A DNA stretch of 64,000 bases from Mytilus trossulus (GCF_036588685.1 NC_086380.1:33530313-33594312); one strand, 5' to 3'. Counted from the first letter of the stretch, positions 47,806-60,644 are shown. Translations and numbers: made by a program. The notes: generated by a model from the letters alone, not told the origin.

Positions 47806-48829
47806 TCGACTCTCGTTATCTCGAAGTCAGTCAGAGCAGAGCATTATTTCGATATACACATATTTCGACTCAAACGAAAACTGGAAGTTCAACAGACCAA
47901 GGTACACATCTCTAACTCGAATAATTCTGCGCCCTCTTGCGGCCTATAGCCTATTGAGTTAATGTAGCAATCGGAGATTAGACAGAGATCAGCGGAATAT
48001 AACAACTGACATTATTCGGGTTAAAATAAATCCGGATGAATATGGGAAGGGGATCGATATTCTGGTATCAGATCGATGGTCTTTCATTATTATAATAAAA
48101 TTATTTAAACTCATTCAATTGTTTCAGTTACAATTGTTTCCTATGGCCTTTATGTGAGAGAGTAATTTCCAATCGATCTTAGAGTAATTTAGGTCGTTAA
48201 AATTTGACAAAATTGTTTAATCTCGGTACAAGAGAATTTAGAAAATTGAGATTTCTCTTCATTTTGTTTCATCTCTTTCTTTTCAATAGAAAAAACAACA
48301 AGATAAAAGACGCCGATTGAGTAGTTTTTAGGTGATCATCAACGGAAGTCTTAATCCTCACTTTATACACACCCAAGCTAATTAAGTGTAAATCACGATT
48401 AATTGTTTTGTAAACATTTTAAATACTTTGTCATGAACATTAACAATGTATCACTAATTATTTATGAATATTCTATAAAAGATAATCTTAGAAAAACACT
48501 CGTGGAAATAGCATGTCATAATTCAATTACAGTGGTCAGTGACTCGAAATTTAATTACACGTGTATTGTCAGATTAACTTTTCAATCCATTTAAATCCCA
48601 GAGGTCAAATTTTGACATATTTGTATAAGTTCGAGATAAATGATGAATTTTAAATGCTTTTGTAAACCTTGGGACTGTAGTTCGACTCAATCGAAATTTC
48701 GACTCATCCAATTTCTACTCATCAGGAGTAGAAATACATACATTTATATGGATCAAAGTTCTTGACCACGTGAAAACTTCGACTCATCCAAAATTTCGAG
48801 TCAACCGAGTTCGAGTCAATGAGAGTTAA

Positions 48830-48835
<6 letters not shown>
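47805..48835. mobile_element. ~1-kb TIR-like element nested in the tail of SINE copy A
   Basis: Bounded by CAGTCGACTCTCGTTATCTCGAA … TTCGAGTCAATGAGAGTTAACTG, which are imperfect inverted termini. Flanked by (TA)n. Internal TTCGACTCA motif repeats. Confidence 0.45.
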
Positions 48836-48865
<30 letters not shown>

Positions 48866-49199
48866 GAGTCTAAATTGAAAACTACATTCAAACCTATGAT
48901 TGCGTTGAATAAAAACCGCAATTTTTATACGTGTGCATGTCAAACAAATTTCGTTGTAGAAGGGTCTAAAAACAGCACAAATAACATTTTTCAAAAGACC
49001 AAAAAGTGAAAAAGTATATTTAAACAAAACGCATTTGACTATATATATAGCTAACAGGTCGAACAACTGATGTTCTTTAACCCTGCTGACTGCCATTGAC
49101 GATTGCCAAATAAAATTGATCACAAGATGTAACAAAATGGATCTGAATATAAATTTAATACGTCACAGAAAAAAAAAAATTGTAAACTTGTGGCTACGA

Positions 49200-49400
49200 T
49201 GTTGTGCCACAAACATTCGGTGTCAATATATATATACAACTCGTCTAAACATCAACCCAACAATGTTAGATCTGTAAATTTGCTTTCGCAAATTTTTGGT
49301 TCTTCCCTCGCCGGGATTCGAACCCATGCTACTGTGATATCGTTACACCAAATCGCCTGCACTGCAGCCGTCCCGCTAGACCACACGACCACCTGGGCTC
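49200..49400 (-). mobile_element. tRNA-derived SINE copy B, inverted relative to copies A and C
   Basis: Reverse complement of the copy A sequence, including GGATTCGAACCC and CCGCTAGACCA. Confidence 0.6.
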
Positions 49401-49564
49401 TCAAAAAAAGAGCTTTCGCTGGCCATGTGTTACCTTTCCACGTCAGTTTTAATCTAGCGGCGTACTACAGTACATGATATATAAGGCATGAAGATGTTAT
49501 TGTTACAGATCAGCTAAATTATCTATAGTAAAGGATCCTACAAATTAATGTAAGATACAGTCAC

Positions 49565-49745
49565 AGAATGTCGTGTGGTCTAGCGGGACGGCTGCAGTGC
49601 AGGCGATTTGGTGTCACGATATCACAGTAGCATGGGTTCGAATCCCGGCGAGGGAAGAACCAAAAATTTGCGAAAGCAAATTTACAGATCTAACATTGTT
49701 GGGTTGATGTTTAGACGAGTTGTATATACATTATGTACACAGCTA
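49565..49745 (+). mobile_element. tRNA-derived SINE copy C
   Basis: Near-identical to copy A. Includes GTGGTCTAGCGGGACGGCTGCAGTGCAGGCGATTTGGTGTCACGATATCACAGTAGCATGGGTTCGAATCCCGGCGAGGGAAG. Confidence 0.6.
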
Positions 49746-50471
49746 TGTATCACCATCATTGATGGCGATCCGACGTACTTATATATATATATATATAGGC
49801 ATAAAAAATAATTTTCACATGTGCAGATGTATATATTCATTAAATAAAATAGTAAAATAAGTTAAAAAGTTAACAGTTCCATTCAATCGATTTCATCCTT
49901 CCATTGGAACTCTTCAGGATAACTGATACGGCGTCGTTATGGGCGACATCGTTTATAAGGAGGTTTGTGACCTTCCGTCATTGTTCGTTATTAAAAGTTT
50001 TTCGGGATTTAGTTTTGATCGGAACGTTGTGATGAAATAACGTTCCATCTCCTTTCGATAGGCTTCATCCCGTCTACATTTAAAAATAGGTATTATTTGA
50101 AAACGTTTTTTATATGTAACACATAAATTGAAAGAAAAACATTTTTTTTTATTTCAAAATGAATGAAAAGCAATGTTGGATAAGAATCAATGATCAGCTA
50201 GACAGCAACCCTAAATCACAAATTAAACTCAACATTGAATCATTGATAAAAAAAATGCATAGGAACTTCTTTTTAAATTACTAACTTTTATTCTATCAAG
50301 TTTTCTAGTGTCAACAAACTGGTTTGATTGTTAGAGAGACCGTAGAAAAGAAAAATATTTTAACAATTTATGATCATAATAGTTGATGTCTTTTCTTTAA
50401 TCATCAATCTAAATTATGTTACATGTATTAACTAACATCACTTAATCTTGGTATAATTTTATATTTCATAG

Positions 50472-50577
50472 GTTTGAAGTCACCTTGGATCCAGACCATA
50501 CAGTTATACCATTTCTTGAGGTTGTAATGAGAGCCAAAACTGGTATTATGGTCAATTTTAAAGATAGAAGCTCCTGA
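50472..50577 (+). CDS. gene B exon 12, terminal (R-FEVTLDPDHTVIPFLEVVMRAKTGIMVNFKDRSS*)
   Basis: Acceptor TTTCATAG. TGA stop at 50575-50577. Homologous to gene A terminal exon. Confidence 0.8.
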
Positions 50578-51129
50578 GTTACCAAGAAGACCTGAAAAGT
50601 GAAATCTTGATTTTAAAACAGAGGCTTCTTATAATTTATTTTATTGTTATTAATGAAAGAAATGTAAAAACAAGCCATTAATTTTTGGTGTTTCTAAGAA
50701 TTTATGTTAGCAGACAGGACAATATTGCACTGGTTTTATTTTCTTAAAAATGTTTGTTCATTTAATTAACTTAAACAATTATGTCCAACTTTTATAAATT
50801 TATTCAATCGTTTGGGCCTTGGTAGATGGATAATAATAATTACCTCCCCTTTATATTTTTTGAACTTTTTTATTAGATGAAGGTTTTGCACAACTTTCAA
50901 CCTATCCTCTATTTTTAATTTTATGGCAGCCACTGGTGGATTAGTAAATTGAATTATCTCCCCTGTTGAATTGTTAGATTGTTCTGTATTTTACACGTTT
51001 TTTGGTAGCTTAGTATTATTGTAAATTTATCTAGTTACAGTTTTTCTTTCACCATTGCAATTAATATTGAAAAAGAAGATAAATTTTGTTGTTAATCAGT
51101 TATTGCACATAAGAAAATTCTTGGACAAA

Positions 51130-52080
51130 AAAAATAAGTTACAGTGACTTGACTGTTAGTGTTGCTATCCACCAATTGCAACTCATTCAAAATTTTGACC
51201 AAATTGCAATTTGTTTTTTAAAATCCAATTGCTCAACTGGTCAGAATATTGAACAAATTGTTCAGTCAAAATGTGAAAGTGCAAGGTGATAAAATAAAAT
51301 ATACTTACAATCCTATAAGACTTTAACTCCACTTTAATGATGTTATTACTAAATCTGTCTATCAATCTGTATAGTTATATTATAGCCATTACCATACTAT
51401 AGTTCAACTGTTTTATTATGAATTGCTATAAAAATGTCCAAACTAAGCTTTTATATAGTTTTTCTTTCGAAAAGAATTTTATATTTATAAGAATCATGTA
51501 TCATTTAAAATAATACATCATATATTCAGTAAAATACGTGTGAAATAACAATATGCTATTGATAAGTTTCCTTGGGGAGATAACCTAAAATACTATTCTT
51601 TTGAATAAAGACTTTTTGAAACCAAAAAAGATTATCTCCCCTTCCTACAAACATATTGCAATTTCACAAATATTTTACTGAATATGAAATGATTTTATTC
51701 ACATAATGTGTGATCCTTATGAATATAGAATACTTTTCGAAAGAAAAACTATATAAAAGCTTAGTTTGGACATTTTTATAGCAATTAAAAATAAAACAGT
51801 TCACCTTTAGTATGGTAATGGCTATAATATAACTATACAGATTGATAGACTGATTTAGTAATAACATCATTAAAGTGGAGTTAAAGTCTTATAGGATTGT
51901 AAAGTATGTTTCATTTTATCACCTTGCACTTTCACACTTGACTGTGGTTTTCTACAGCAGTTGGTTCAAATTTCTGACCAGTTGAACAATTTGGTTGAAT
52001 AAAAGCAATTTGGTCAAAATTTTGAATGAATTGCAATTGGTGGATAGCAACACTTACAGTCAAGTCACTGTAAATGGATT
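51130..52080. repeat. ~950-bp near-perfect palindrome or foldback (arms ~450 bp), centred on a GGGGAGATAA…TTATCTCCCC mini-inverted repeat at about 51605
   Basis: Example: 51289-51356 GATAAAATAAAATATACTTACAATCCTATAAGACTTTAACTCCACTTTAATGATG is the reverse complement of 51852-51925. Outer arms 51141-51210 match 52010-52080. Confidence 0.8.
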
Positions 52081-55000
52081 GTCAAAAATCAATATACAAT
52101 GATTTTAAAATTTGAACAGTAGAAAATATATCTACTACTGTAGATTCAGAAATTATTGCGATGTTTTTATTATTGCGTAAAATGTGACGGGGTTATAATT
52201 GCAATAATTTAAGCTCACATTTTGAAATGTTTTATATGAATCAAACAGGATTTTTCTCAATATCACAATAATTAAAATCACATTTAGTCTAAAATGACAA
52301 AATCACAATGATAAATGCATGCAATAATTTCTAAATTTACAGTACTTTGTAAAATTGATAAAAATATACAACATTTAATATGAGCAGAGACATATAGTAT
52401 TGTGTCTCTGATATAAGAGAGTAAGCATATTTGATATTGATTTGTCCTATCTCAAATGGTCTTCTTATTTAAAATACAACCACAAAGTGCTGCAGTTATG
52501 GTACTATAAAGATGGTATTTGAAATAAACTTATTTTCATTTTTCTATTACTAGTATACAGAATTGGTTTTGCTCATTGTTGAAGGCTGTATGAAAACCTG
52601 GCCTTGAAGGTGTAAAACTTTGCTCAGTGCTTGAAGCACAAAAATCTTGCTTGATACACAAAATCCAGTATTTTGATTGGTTGATTCTTGAGTCTGAGTA
52701 CAAAAATCGTGCTCGAAAGTTTTATGACCGCAAGGCCTGGTATTCGTTCACTCCTTTATGCTTTGGTCTTCATTGATTGTTTTTTAATTTGCAATTATAC
52801 AGCATATCCTTATTTTTTGTTGTGTAGTTATTGTTAAATTTGGTTGTATATACATGGGTATGTTCTTTTTATTATACTTTTTATAATCAAAGCAATACAG
52901 TATTACTAATGCAATTTGTTATGTGTCTGTTGAACTGTATTATATATTACTCTTATATGAATAATAATAAACATATAATAATAATGGAAGAGTTTGCGCT
53001 TTTTTTACAATGCCAATTTATTTTCAGACTTAATGATGTACATAGGTGAGGTTTTGGAATTTGTTTCAAATTTTTCGGACTCCTTGGTGTTTTTCCATAC
53101 ATAACAAGGTAAAATATTTTGCCCCATAACACCCATTTATTTTTTCATATAAGACTAAATAGCTCATGAAAGGTTTAATTACCAAAATTTTAGAAGATTC
53201 TTAGTTTTCTTTCTTTTGTTTTAGGACCCAAATAATAATATCAATGCAAACATAAGGTAAAAGTCTGAGTCAGACTTTTCCCGCCATATTTTAAATCTCA
53301 AATATTTGGAAAAGGAGGTCATGACCTATCAATATTTTTAGCTTATTTTTTAGCCATAAAGAATGCTGTACCAACTTATAGTATCAATTTTATTTATTAA
53401 TATTCACCTTACCTCACCTAAGTACATCCTTAAATACCTTGCATCATTCTGAGTCATTTTTCATGCTTTTCAAAAATTTTGAATTGCCTAAAAACTTCTT
53501 TGGGATAGACATTTTTACTGTCTTAACATACTGTCAGCAAAATTTTGTTGAATCTATTTAAAAAAAAATTGTGATTTACTAAAAGATAGAGGGTTTTGCT
53601 CATTGTTGAAGGCCATATGGTGAACTATAGTAGATTATATCAACATCATTTGGTCTCCATTGGATAGTTATTTCAAGAGGCAATCATACCACACCTTCTT
53701 ATTGTCTTCCTTGCAACACATATTGTAGAATGCAAAATATAAGGATTACAATTTAGGGACTACAGCATAGACCATTTGTATAAACCTTTAGATTTCAAAA
53801 GTTGGAGGCAGGGATTCTTGATACGTTATTTACAGATGTCTTATGTTACCAAGTTTCTGCCTGTCATATTTCCATAATACACAACCTCATTTTCACTGTT
53901 AAAAGATGGCTTGCATGATGAAAAAAAAAAAATTTTTTGTAATGATATAATCTTTAGTATATGGCTTCCTTAGAATGCAAGGTCTACATTTATGCCAGAT
54001 AGGCAGCGTTCACCAAACCTCAATTTCAATTTATGGATCAATTATCAAGGTTTACATGGAATGAATGAAGTGTAAATGTGTGACTGGCAGATTTCATTTG
54101 ACCTTGACCTCCTTTAAGGACCATCAGACAATGCGTTGTTTTTGTGGTTTGGTAAATTTCTTAGATACTATCAACAAAAAAGGCCACTATACTACATGTT
54201 GTGCATGAAATGATTGTAAGGTGTATATATTTGTATGGCAGGTTTTATATGACTTTGACCTCATTGTTATGATGGTGATGATAATTAGTCACATTTGAGA
54301 TAAGGAAGACTTTAAAAACAAGAATGTGTCCCCAGTATACACGGATGCCCCACTCCCACTATCATTTTCAATGTTCAGTTGACCTATAATTGGGGTCAGA
54401 ACTCAAATTTTGCATTAAAATTAGAAAGATCATATCATAAGGAATATGTATACTAAGGGTTCATTGGACTTCAACTTCATCAAAAATAACCTCGACCAAA
54501 AACTTTAACGTGAAGCGGGACAGACAAATGAACGAATGGACAGACAGACGAACGGCTGAATGGACGGACGAACAGACCCACAGACCAGAAAACATAATGC
54601 CCCTCTACTATCGTAGGTGGGTCAAAAAAATCAAATTCACCATTAAGAACCCGACATGATCAATGGTTCTAAAGTTCAAGTAAAGCATCAACCATCCATA
54701 CAGCAAATAAACATAAGCCCTCATATATTTTACTAATACACCAAAAGTCAGGGAGATTTATGGATGACTGCCTAAAAATACTTTGACAAACAACTTAAGT
54801 TTAAGGATCAGGGACATATCTTTGAATCTTTAAGTCAAGTGTCATTGACCTTAAATAATCCTTGCATGGTTCTTTATCGATGACTTCTGTTAAATATATT
54901 TTATTATGCAAACAAAACCCATGTTTTAAAATTATTATTAAAAGTTTCTTTTGAATAAATCATTTATTTATTTTATTAACCTGTAATATTAATTTGGGCA

Positions 55001-55289
55001 ATTTGGAATCATTTTTGGCGCAAATGGAATATGGTTTGTGGCGCAAATGAAATACCATATTATATACTGGCACAAAAGCAACTTTTAAGCACCGGTTTGA
55101 ACCCCATTGAACTCATGTCTTCCTCTGGATTTGTCACCTGTCAAAAAATAAGTTGAGTAATTTTTCAGCATAGTTTGTAAATATTGTGTTCTGAAAAACA
55201 GGGGTTAAAAAAAATATTTTAATTAAGATATCTGTAGTGAATTTTGATTAAATTGTTTGCATCACTATAAGGCCTGATATTATATTAGG

Positions 55290-55583
55290 CAGCAACCATT
55301 TGATTTTCTGGGGGGGGGGGGGGGGGGGGGGGGGGCTATGGTTTTTTTTGGAAAAAAAAGTTTGTTTCAAGTTTTTGGAGAAAAAAATAATTTGTTTTTG
55401 ACCCTGGGAAAAAAAAATTGTTTGTTTCACCCTCAGCTGCCACTATATATAATGCTAAATTTGAAAGAAAAAAAATGTTTTCGACTTGTCGCCAAAAAAA
55501 TAGCAAAGGCGAAAAAAAAAGTCTGTCCAGAAAAAAAATCCATAGCCCCCCCCCCCCCCCAGAAAATCAAATGGTTGCTGCCT
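55290..55583. mobile_element. ~295-bp foldback or MITE with ~60-bp TIRs that include a long poly-G/poly-C run
   Basis: GGCAGCAACCATTTGATTTTCTGG-(G)~33-CTATGG … CCATAG-(C)16-CAGAAAATCAAATGGTTGCTGCC. Confidence 0.65.
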
Positions 55584-56277
55584 TATTATAAAAAAAAAAT
55601 GTATATTGAAGCAATGAATGCCTTGGAGCCTCTTGTTTTGATAAATTAAAGAATTTAATACAAAGTAACATACTCTTAGAAACATACTGCACCATATTAG
55701 TCAATCAACACTTATAAAATGTGAATTTGTGAACAAAATCATGCTATAAAGAATTTATTTTAGGTTACTGTAACAGTTATAGTAAGTAAACTATAAATAG
55801 AATACATTTACTGACAGATGCATTCATGTGTAATATGTTTGGGAATATTTTATGGCTTTTAATAATGTCAATATATAGGACATTGAAGGCAGATGTTTGC
55901 TGCAGTTTGACATTAGATTGTGCTGCAGAAGTGTGAAAACAAGATGGCCTGATAACAGTAGAAAATTGCAGAATTGTGTATTAGATTTCATTGATTATAG
56001 ATATACATTTTGAAGTACCATTAGTTTGTATAGGTATGTAATACTGTGTCAATGAAAAACAATTCCATAAAACATTTATTTATTTCAGTCTTTAAAATAC
56101 AAGTTTCACAATATTTATAACACATCAATTACAATCTACACTAAAAAGAAAATGTTTAATAAATATAGAAGGTGTCAAAGCTGTCTATCAGAGAATAGAA
56201 TTAAGTTGACAGTTCATTTTTATTGTAATGTATGAGGGTTTAGCTGGTTTGAGGTTCTTCATTTTTTAATTCTTTAG

Positions 56278-56520
56278 TGAGGGGGAGGACAGGGGTAAGG
56301 GAGACAGGGACAAAGGGGGTAGGAGAAAGGAGAGGAAGGCTGGGAGAAAGGAGAAAAAGTTCGAGAAAGGAGAAAAAATAAAATATCTCTCCTTTTAAAA
56401 AATGATCTAATATTTCAAGAAAAAATATCTCAAAAGGAGATGTTTTATTCTAATAGGAGAAAGGAGAAAGGAGAAGAGGGGTGGGAGAAGGGAGAAGGGT
56501 ACCCCCTGTCCTCCCCCTCT
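56278..56520 (+). promoter_or_regulatory. 240-bp polypurine (GA-rich, GGAGAAAGG-type repeats) tract bounded by 20-bp inverted repeats, ending 177 bp upstream of the gene C ATG
   Basis: GAGGGGGAGGACAGGGGTA (56278-56296) is the reverse complement of TACCCCCTGTCCTCCCCCTC (56500-56519). Interior is about 95% purine on the plus strand. Confidence 0.5.
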
Positions 56521-56696
56521 TTAGTTGTTCATCAAATGTCGTATGTTTCTATATTCTTCATTTTATCTTCCATTATCTTTTCATGATATATATAATTTTC
56601 ATGATTGCAATTATTAACTTATTATTTTCTCATTATACATGCTTTAATCACTTTAACTTCATAATTCTATCTTAAGGGACTACATTAAGTAGAGCA

Positions 56697-56861
56697 ATGG
56701 GTACTATAACATGGACATTCATAGTTGGTGCTGTTACCTTGGTGATGACATACATTGGAATAAAGCTGTACAGATATTTTAAATGGCTGAGATATGTCCA
56801 TAAAACTTTATCCAAATTACCAGGTCCAAAACCACACTGGTTATTTGGAAATATTTTTCAG
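56697..56861 (+). CDS. gene C exon 1 (MGTITWTFIVGAVTLVMTYIGIKLYRYFKWLRYVHKTLSKLPGPKPHWLFGNIFQ)
   Basis: ATG at 56697. Donor CAG|GTAATT. Within ORF 56697..56924. Confidence 0.85.
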
Positions 56862-57284
56862 GTAATTTGTAAACAATTCAGCATATATATATATATCATA
56901 AATATTGAAATTTCACCTCTTTAATTTGTCTTTTGTTATTAAAAAAAAGATAATAGCTATATAAGTAGTAGCATGTTGCTTTGTAAGCATGTAAAAAATT
57001 ATATACTTTTGATGGCAAGCAGGAAATCAATATTGTTCATTATATGGTTCATTATGTTGGGTGTATGTCAATAAGGCAGCAAATCAATTAGATAATTAAG
57101 AAGGGTGGATTTTCAGGGGTTTTAACCCCCTTTAGAAAACATGTGGATCTGCCCCTGCAAAGCATGGTTAAACATGGTAAAACTTCGGTTGTTGGACTCT
57201 TTTTGATTCCATACATTTTGGGTTGAGGTGCAATTCAATTAGAGTCAACTTTATTAATCGTGTCACATTTTTTGTGTTTTGCAG

Positions 57285-57486
57285 ATAACAAATTTTAGTG
57301 AATTCCATAATAAATGTCATGAAGAATTCATAGTGCAGAAAAAAGTGAAGATATATGTGTTTTGGCTGTCAACGTTCTTTCCAACTGTGATGCTGGCACA
57401 TCCAGATACTATCAAAGAAGTGATGAGGTCTAATTCACCAAAGCCTACGGTAGGACCAGGATACCCATTCCTTGTACCTTGGCTAG
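57285..57486 (+). CDS. gene C exon 2 (ITNFSEFHNKCHEEFIVQKKVKIYVFWLSTFFPTVMLAHPDTIKEVMRSNSPKPTVGPGYPFLVPWL-G)
   Basis: Acceptor TTTTGCAG and donor GTATGA. The ORF-track entry 57279..57728 starts at an alternative TTG, not an ATG. Confidence 0.8.
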
Positions 57487-57846
57487 GTATGAAAATATTT
57501 CAGATCATTTCAATATGGGTGTTTTTTCAAATACTTTGCAGGTCAGGAATCATTATTATCCTTGGGAAACAATTTTTGTGGATTTCGTGGGTATATTTAA
57601 ACCATGAATTTAAATGTTTTACAAATCACCAACTTTCATTAGACATGAATGCAGACTTTTGCTTTACCATGAAATCATATATCCATGAAAAAACAAATTT
57701 TCTTCAATCTAAGAAAATGGGTATCTAGGAAAATGAGTCAACAGTACCATAAGAATAAAAAGGTTATAATGGGATGACAAACTAATGAAATAGATATAAA
57801 AGGGGTTCTGTAAAGGTATTATTTTTTCTGGTTTTTATATGTCATG

Positions 57847-57985
57847 TTCTCTACTAGTCCAAATAATTATGACGTCTGGCAAGGCTATTTTAATTTTTTT
57901 CTAGGACGCCTTCCTCTGACGTCGTAGGAAGGCGTCCCAGAAAAAATTTAAAATTGCCTTGCCAGACGTCATAATTATTTGGACT
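57847..57985. repeat. ~140-bp near-perfect palindrome (hairpin or MITE) in gene C intron 2
   Basis: ACTAGTCCAAATAATTATGACGTCTGGCAAGGC…TTTTTTCTAGGACGCCTTCCT | AGGAAGGCGTCCCAGAAAAAA…GCCTTGCCAGACGTCATAATTATTTGGACTAGT. Confidence 0.75.
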
Positions 57986-59056
57986 AGTTATTTTAATATC
58001 TGTAAATACATTTTAGTTTTATGATTGTCTTACATTAATGTTAAGTTTAATTATCTCCCCTGAATTAAACTTATTAATTTAAATGATACATTCTAAGTCT
58101 TCAACCAAAGTTTGGTGAAAGATTCTAAGACTTGTGTCTTTACGTGGGCGCCATTTGTAGTGCAATATATAAAATGATAATAAAAATCACTCTGCTACAT
58201 ATATAAATAAATGGATACACATACTTGTTTATTCCTTGAGTTTAGCATAGGAACATTGAATGTCTAAGATATTATAATTGAATTCCACATCAAAATTTGA
58301 CATCCTATTAAATGTGAAAGGTTATTTATTGACAAATATACTTCAGATTTAAACTCTTTTGTCCAATGAAAGGAAAGATGTATTGCAAATTACTATAGAA
58401 GTACTAAGTTGATACTTTTACAAATAATTTTGACATTGCAGCAGGGAACAATGAATGTGTTGAGCAAAGACAATTTATGAAGCTAAGGACTTTCTTCATC
58501 TTATTTTCGTTTTTACAGTAGACTTAAGATTGACAGAATTCCATTAGAAGCATTTATATCAACATGATCAAATATATAAAACTTAGAATGGAAATAGGGA
58601 ATGTGTCAAAGAGACAATAATCTGACCAAAAAGTAGAAAATAGCTAATGGCTATTAATGGATCTTAAATACAGGGAGAAAATCACATGCACTTGTCTCAG
58701 AAAACAAATGTTATATTAAGGTATAAGGGGGGAAAAAATTCTGAGACAAGTCCTGTAGAGAAAATCTTGCATGGGGAGCAAAGCTTCAAGTTCAGCTTCA
58801 GAAAACATTTTTTAAGAATATGCATAAAGTATAAATAATAATATCTTTATTTGCAAAACATACAACAACCAATTTTGGTTGTGGCAAATACATTGACAAA
58901 CAAACATAATGAAACATAATGAAAACTAAATCTATTCTATTATCTCTAACTGCTGCATTATCAAAACCAGTATACAATGACAAATTTGTACATTTCTTCT
59001 TCCTTCATTAAGTCCTACAAAATTGTTACCATTTTCCATTCCTATTCCTTTTATAG

Positions 59057-59184
59057 GTCAAAGCCTTCTTTTATCAAATGGAGCTAAATGGGAGAGAAAT
59101 CGTCGATTGTTGACGCCAGCTTTCCACTTCAGTATTTTGACGGGGTATTTCAAGATTTACAATGAAGTAACAGATGTATTGATG
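59057..59184 (+). CDS. gene C exon 3 ([43 protein letters not shown])
   Basis: Acceptor TTTTATAG and donor GTGAGT. Within ORF 59023..59409. Confidence 0.85.
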
Positions 59185-59214
59185 GTGAGTAAGATATCAG
59201 TGCCTTTCTTTAAT

Positions 59215-59400
59215 ATTGAGGGGGGGGGGCAGGAAGTTTTGCCAGATGTCTGGGTTTTGGGGATTGATCCTTTCGAGATCTGGTTTTTTTTTTTATTTTC
59301 GTTATGTTTGGATACAATTTTTTTTAAATTTGGGACCTCAAGAATCGTGATTTTAGGCCCAGGATTTCGGGATCAGGGCCCCTCTGACCCCCTTCAATAT
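59215..59400 (+). repeat. Solo copy of the poly-G-headed TIR sequence of the 19915-22295 element, in gene C intron 3
   Basis: G10 followed by sequence homologous to the right TIR 22115-22292 (GGGATTGATCCTTTCGAGATCTGG…GGATTTCGGGATCAGGGCCCCTC). Confidence 0.6.
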
Positions 59401-59876
59401 TCCACTTAAAAAGTTGTTATATTAACATAAGAAGATGTGATATAATTTGCGATGAGACAGCTATCCACAAGGGACAAAATGAAACAGAAATTTACAATTA
59501 TAAGAAAATTAACAGCCTAATTGATTTAAAAATGATGTCTAGTAAATGAATGATAAGTTTTTTTAATAAAAGTAGTCTCAATTAAATATTTGATACTATG
59601 GGAGTTTACCATTAAGTAAAGATTTGAGGAATTTTAGAAAATGTATCTGTTGAGAAATAAACAAAGGGGAAGCTGGTCGTATCCAGTTTTATCATGTTGA
59701 TAATGTAGTACATTTGTTAAATATAATAATATTTTCAAGGTACTATGATTATGCTTATTGAAACCAAACATGCTGAAGTAAACAATCGAAAAACAAAAAG
59801 AGACAAAAAATTGTAAAATCCTTACTGATTTGATCACATAGCTACCACATAATTCTTGTGAAAACATTTATTTTAG

Positions 59877-60001
59877 GATAAATTGGCATTTATGTGTGAA
59901 AAGAGAAAATACATAGATATTTTCAAACCTGCTAGTATGGCTACGTTAGATACCCTACTTCAGTGTGCCTTGGGATATAAGGGAGATGTACAACAAGTTG
60001 G
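59877..60001 (+). CDS. gene C exon 4 (DKLAFMCEKRKYIDIFKPASMATLDTLLQCALGYKGDVQQVG)
   Basis: Acceptor TTATTTTAG and donor GG|GTATGT. 125 nt. Confidence 0.85.
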
Positions 60002-60644
60002 GTATGTAAAATATTGTGTTAATACTGCAAACCAACTTATTTTCACGACTTTCGCGAGTAGAAAAAAAACGTGAATATAAATCGTCGCATATACGTAAAA
60101 CTTTAATTATTTTTTTTATTAAATTACATCAGGTAAATCATAAATTCGCAAAAACTTAATAGCAGCGGAATGGTCTGTGAAGGGTAAAACGCGGAATAAA
60201 GTATCCGCGAAGTTAAGTTGGTTTACAGTAATTCTATAAAATTGTAGTACATGTACATATGATATTACTTTTCATCTTCAATTGATCAAAAATTGATAGA
60301 AAAAAAATATTCTTGTACAAAAGATTTAAGAAGATGGGTTATGAGTGCCAATGTGACAACTCTCCATTAAAGTCTCAATTTTTAAAAGTAAACTATATAG
60401 CTATACTATATGTCAAAGTAAGGTATTCAACATGGAGCCTATACTGAACAGCAAGCTATATATTGGGCCAAAATGATTTTAAACCATTCAAATAGGAAAA
60501 ACAACAGTCTACAATGAGAAACAAGAAACACTTGTGTTTTGAACACACTAACAAACAATAACAACTGAACAACAGGCTTCTGACTTATGACAAGTGCATA
60601 AAAAGGTAACAGTTTTAACGTAATAGTTACTACCTTATTTTCAG

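Larger units (their letters stand above)
29466..50577 (+). other. CYP4-like P450 gene B locus, 12 exons, apparently intact ORF of about 505 aa
   Basis: Twelve plus-strand exons with canonical GT-AG introns. Exon lengths are 165/199/128/125/63/127/133/124/196/83/66/106, phase-compatible throughout. Contains the same CYP4-clan motifs. Confidence 0.85.
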
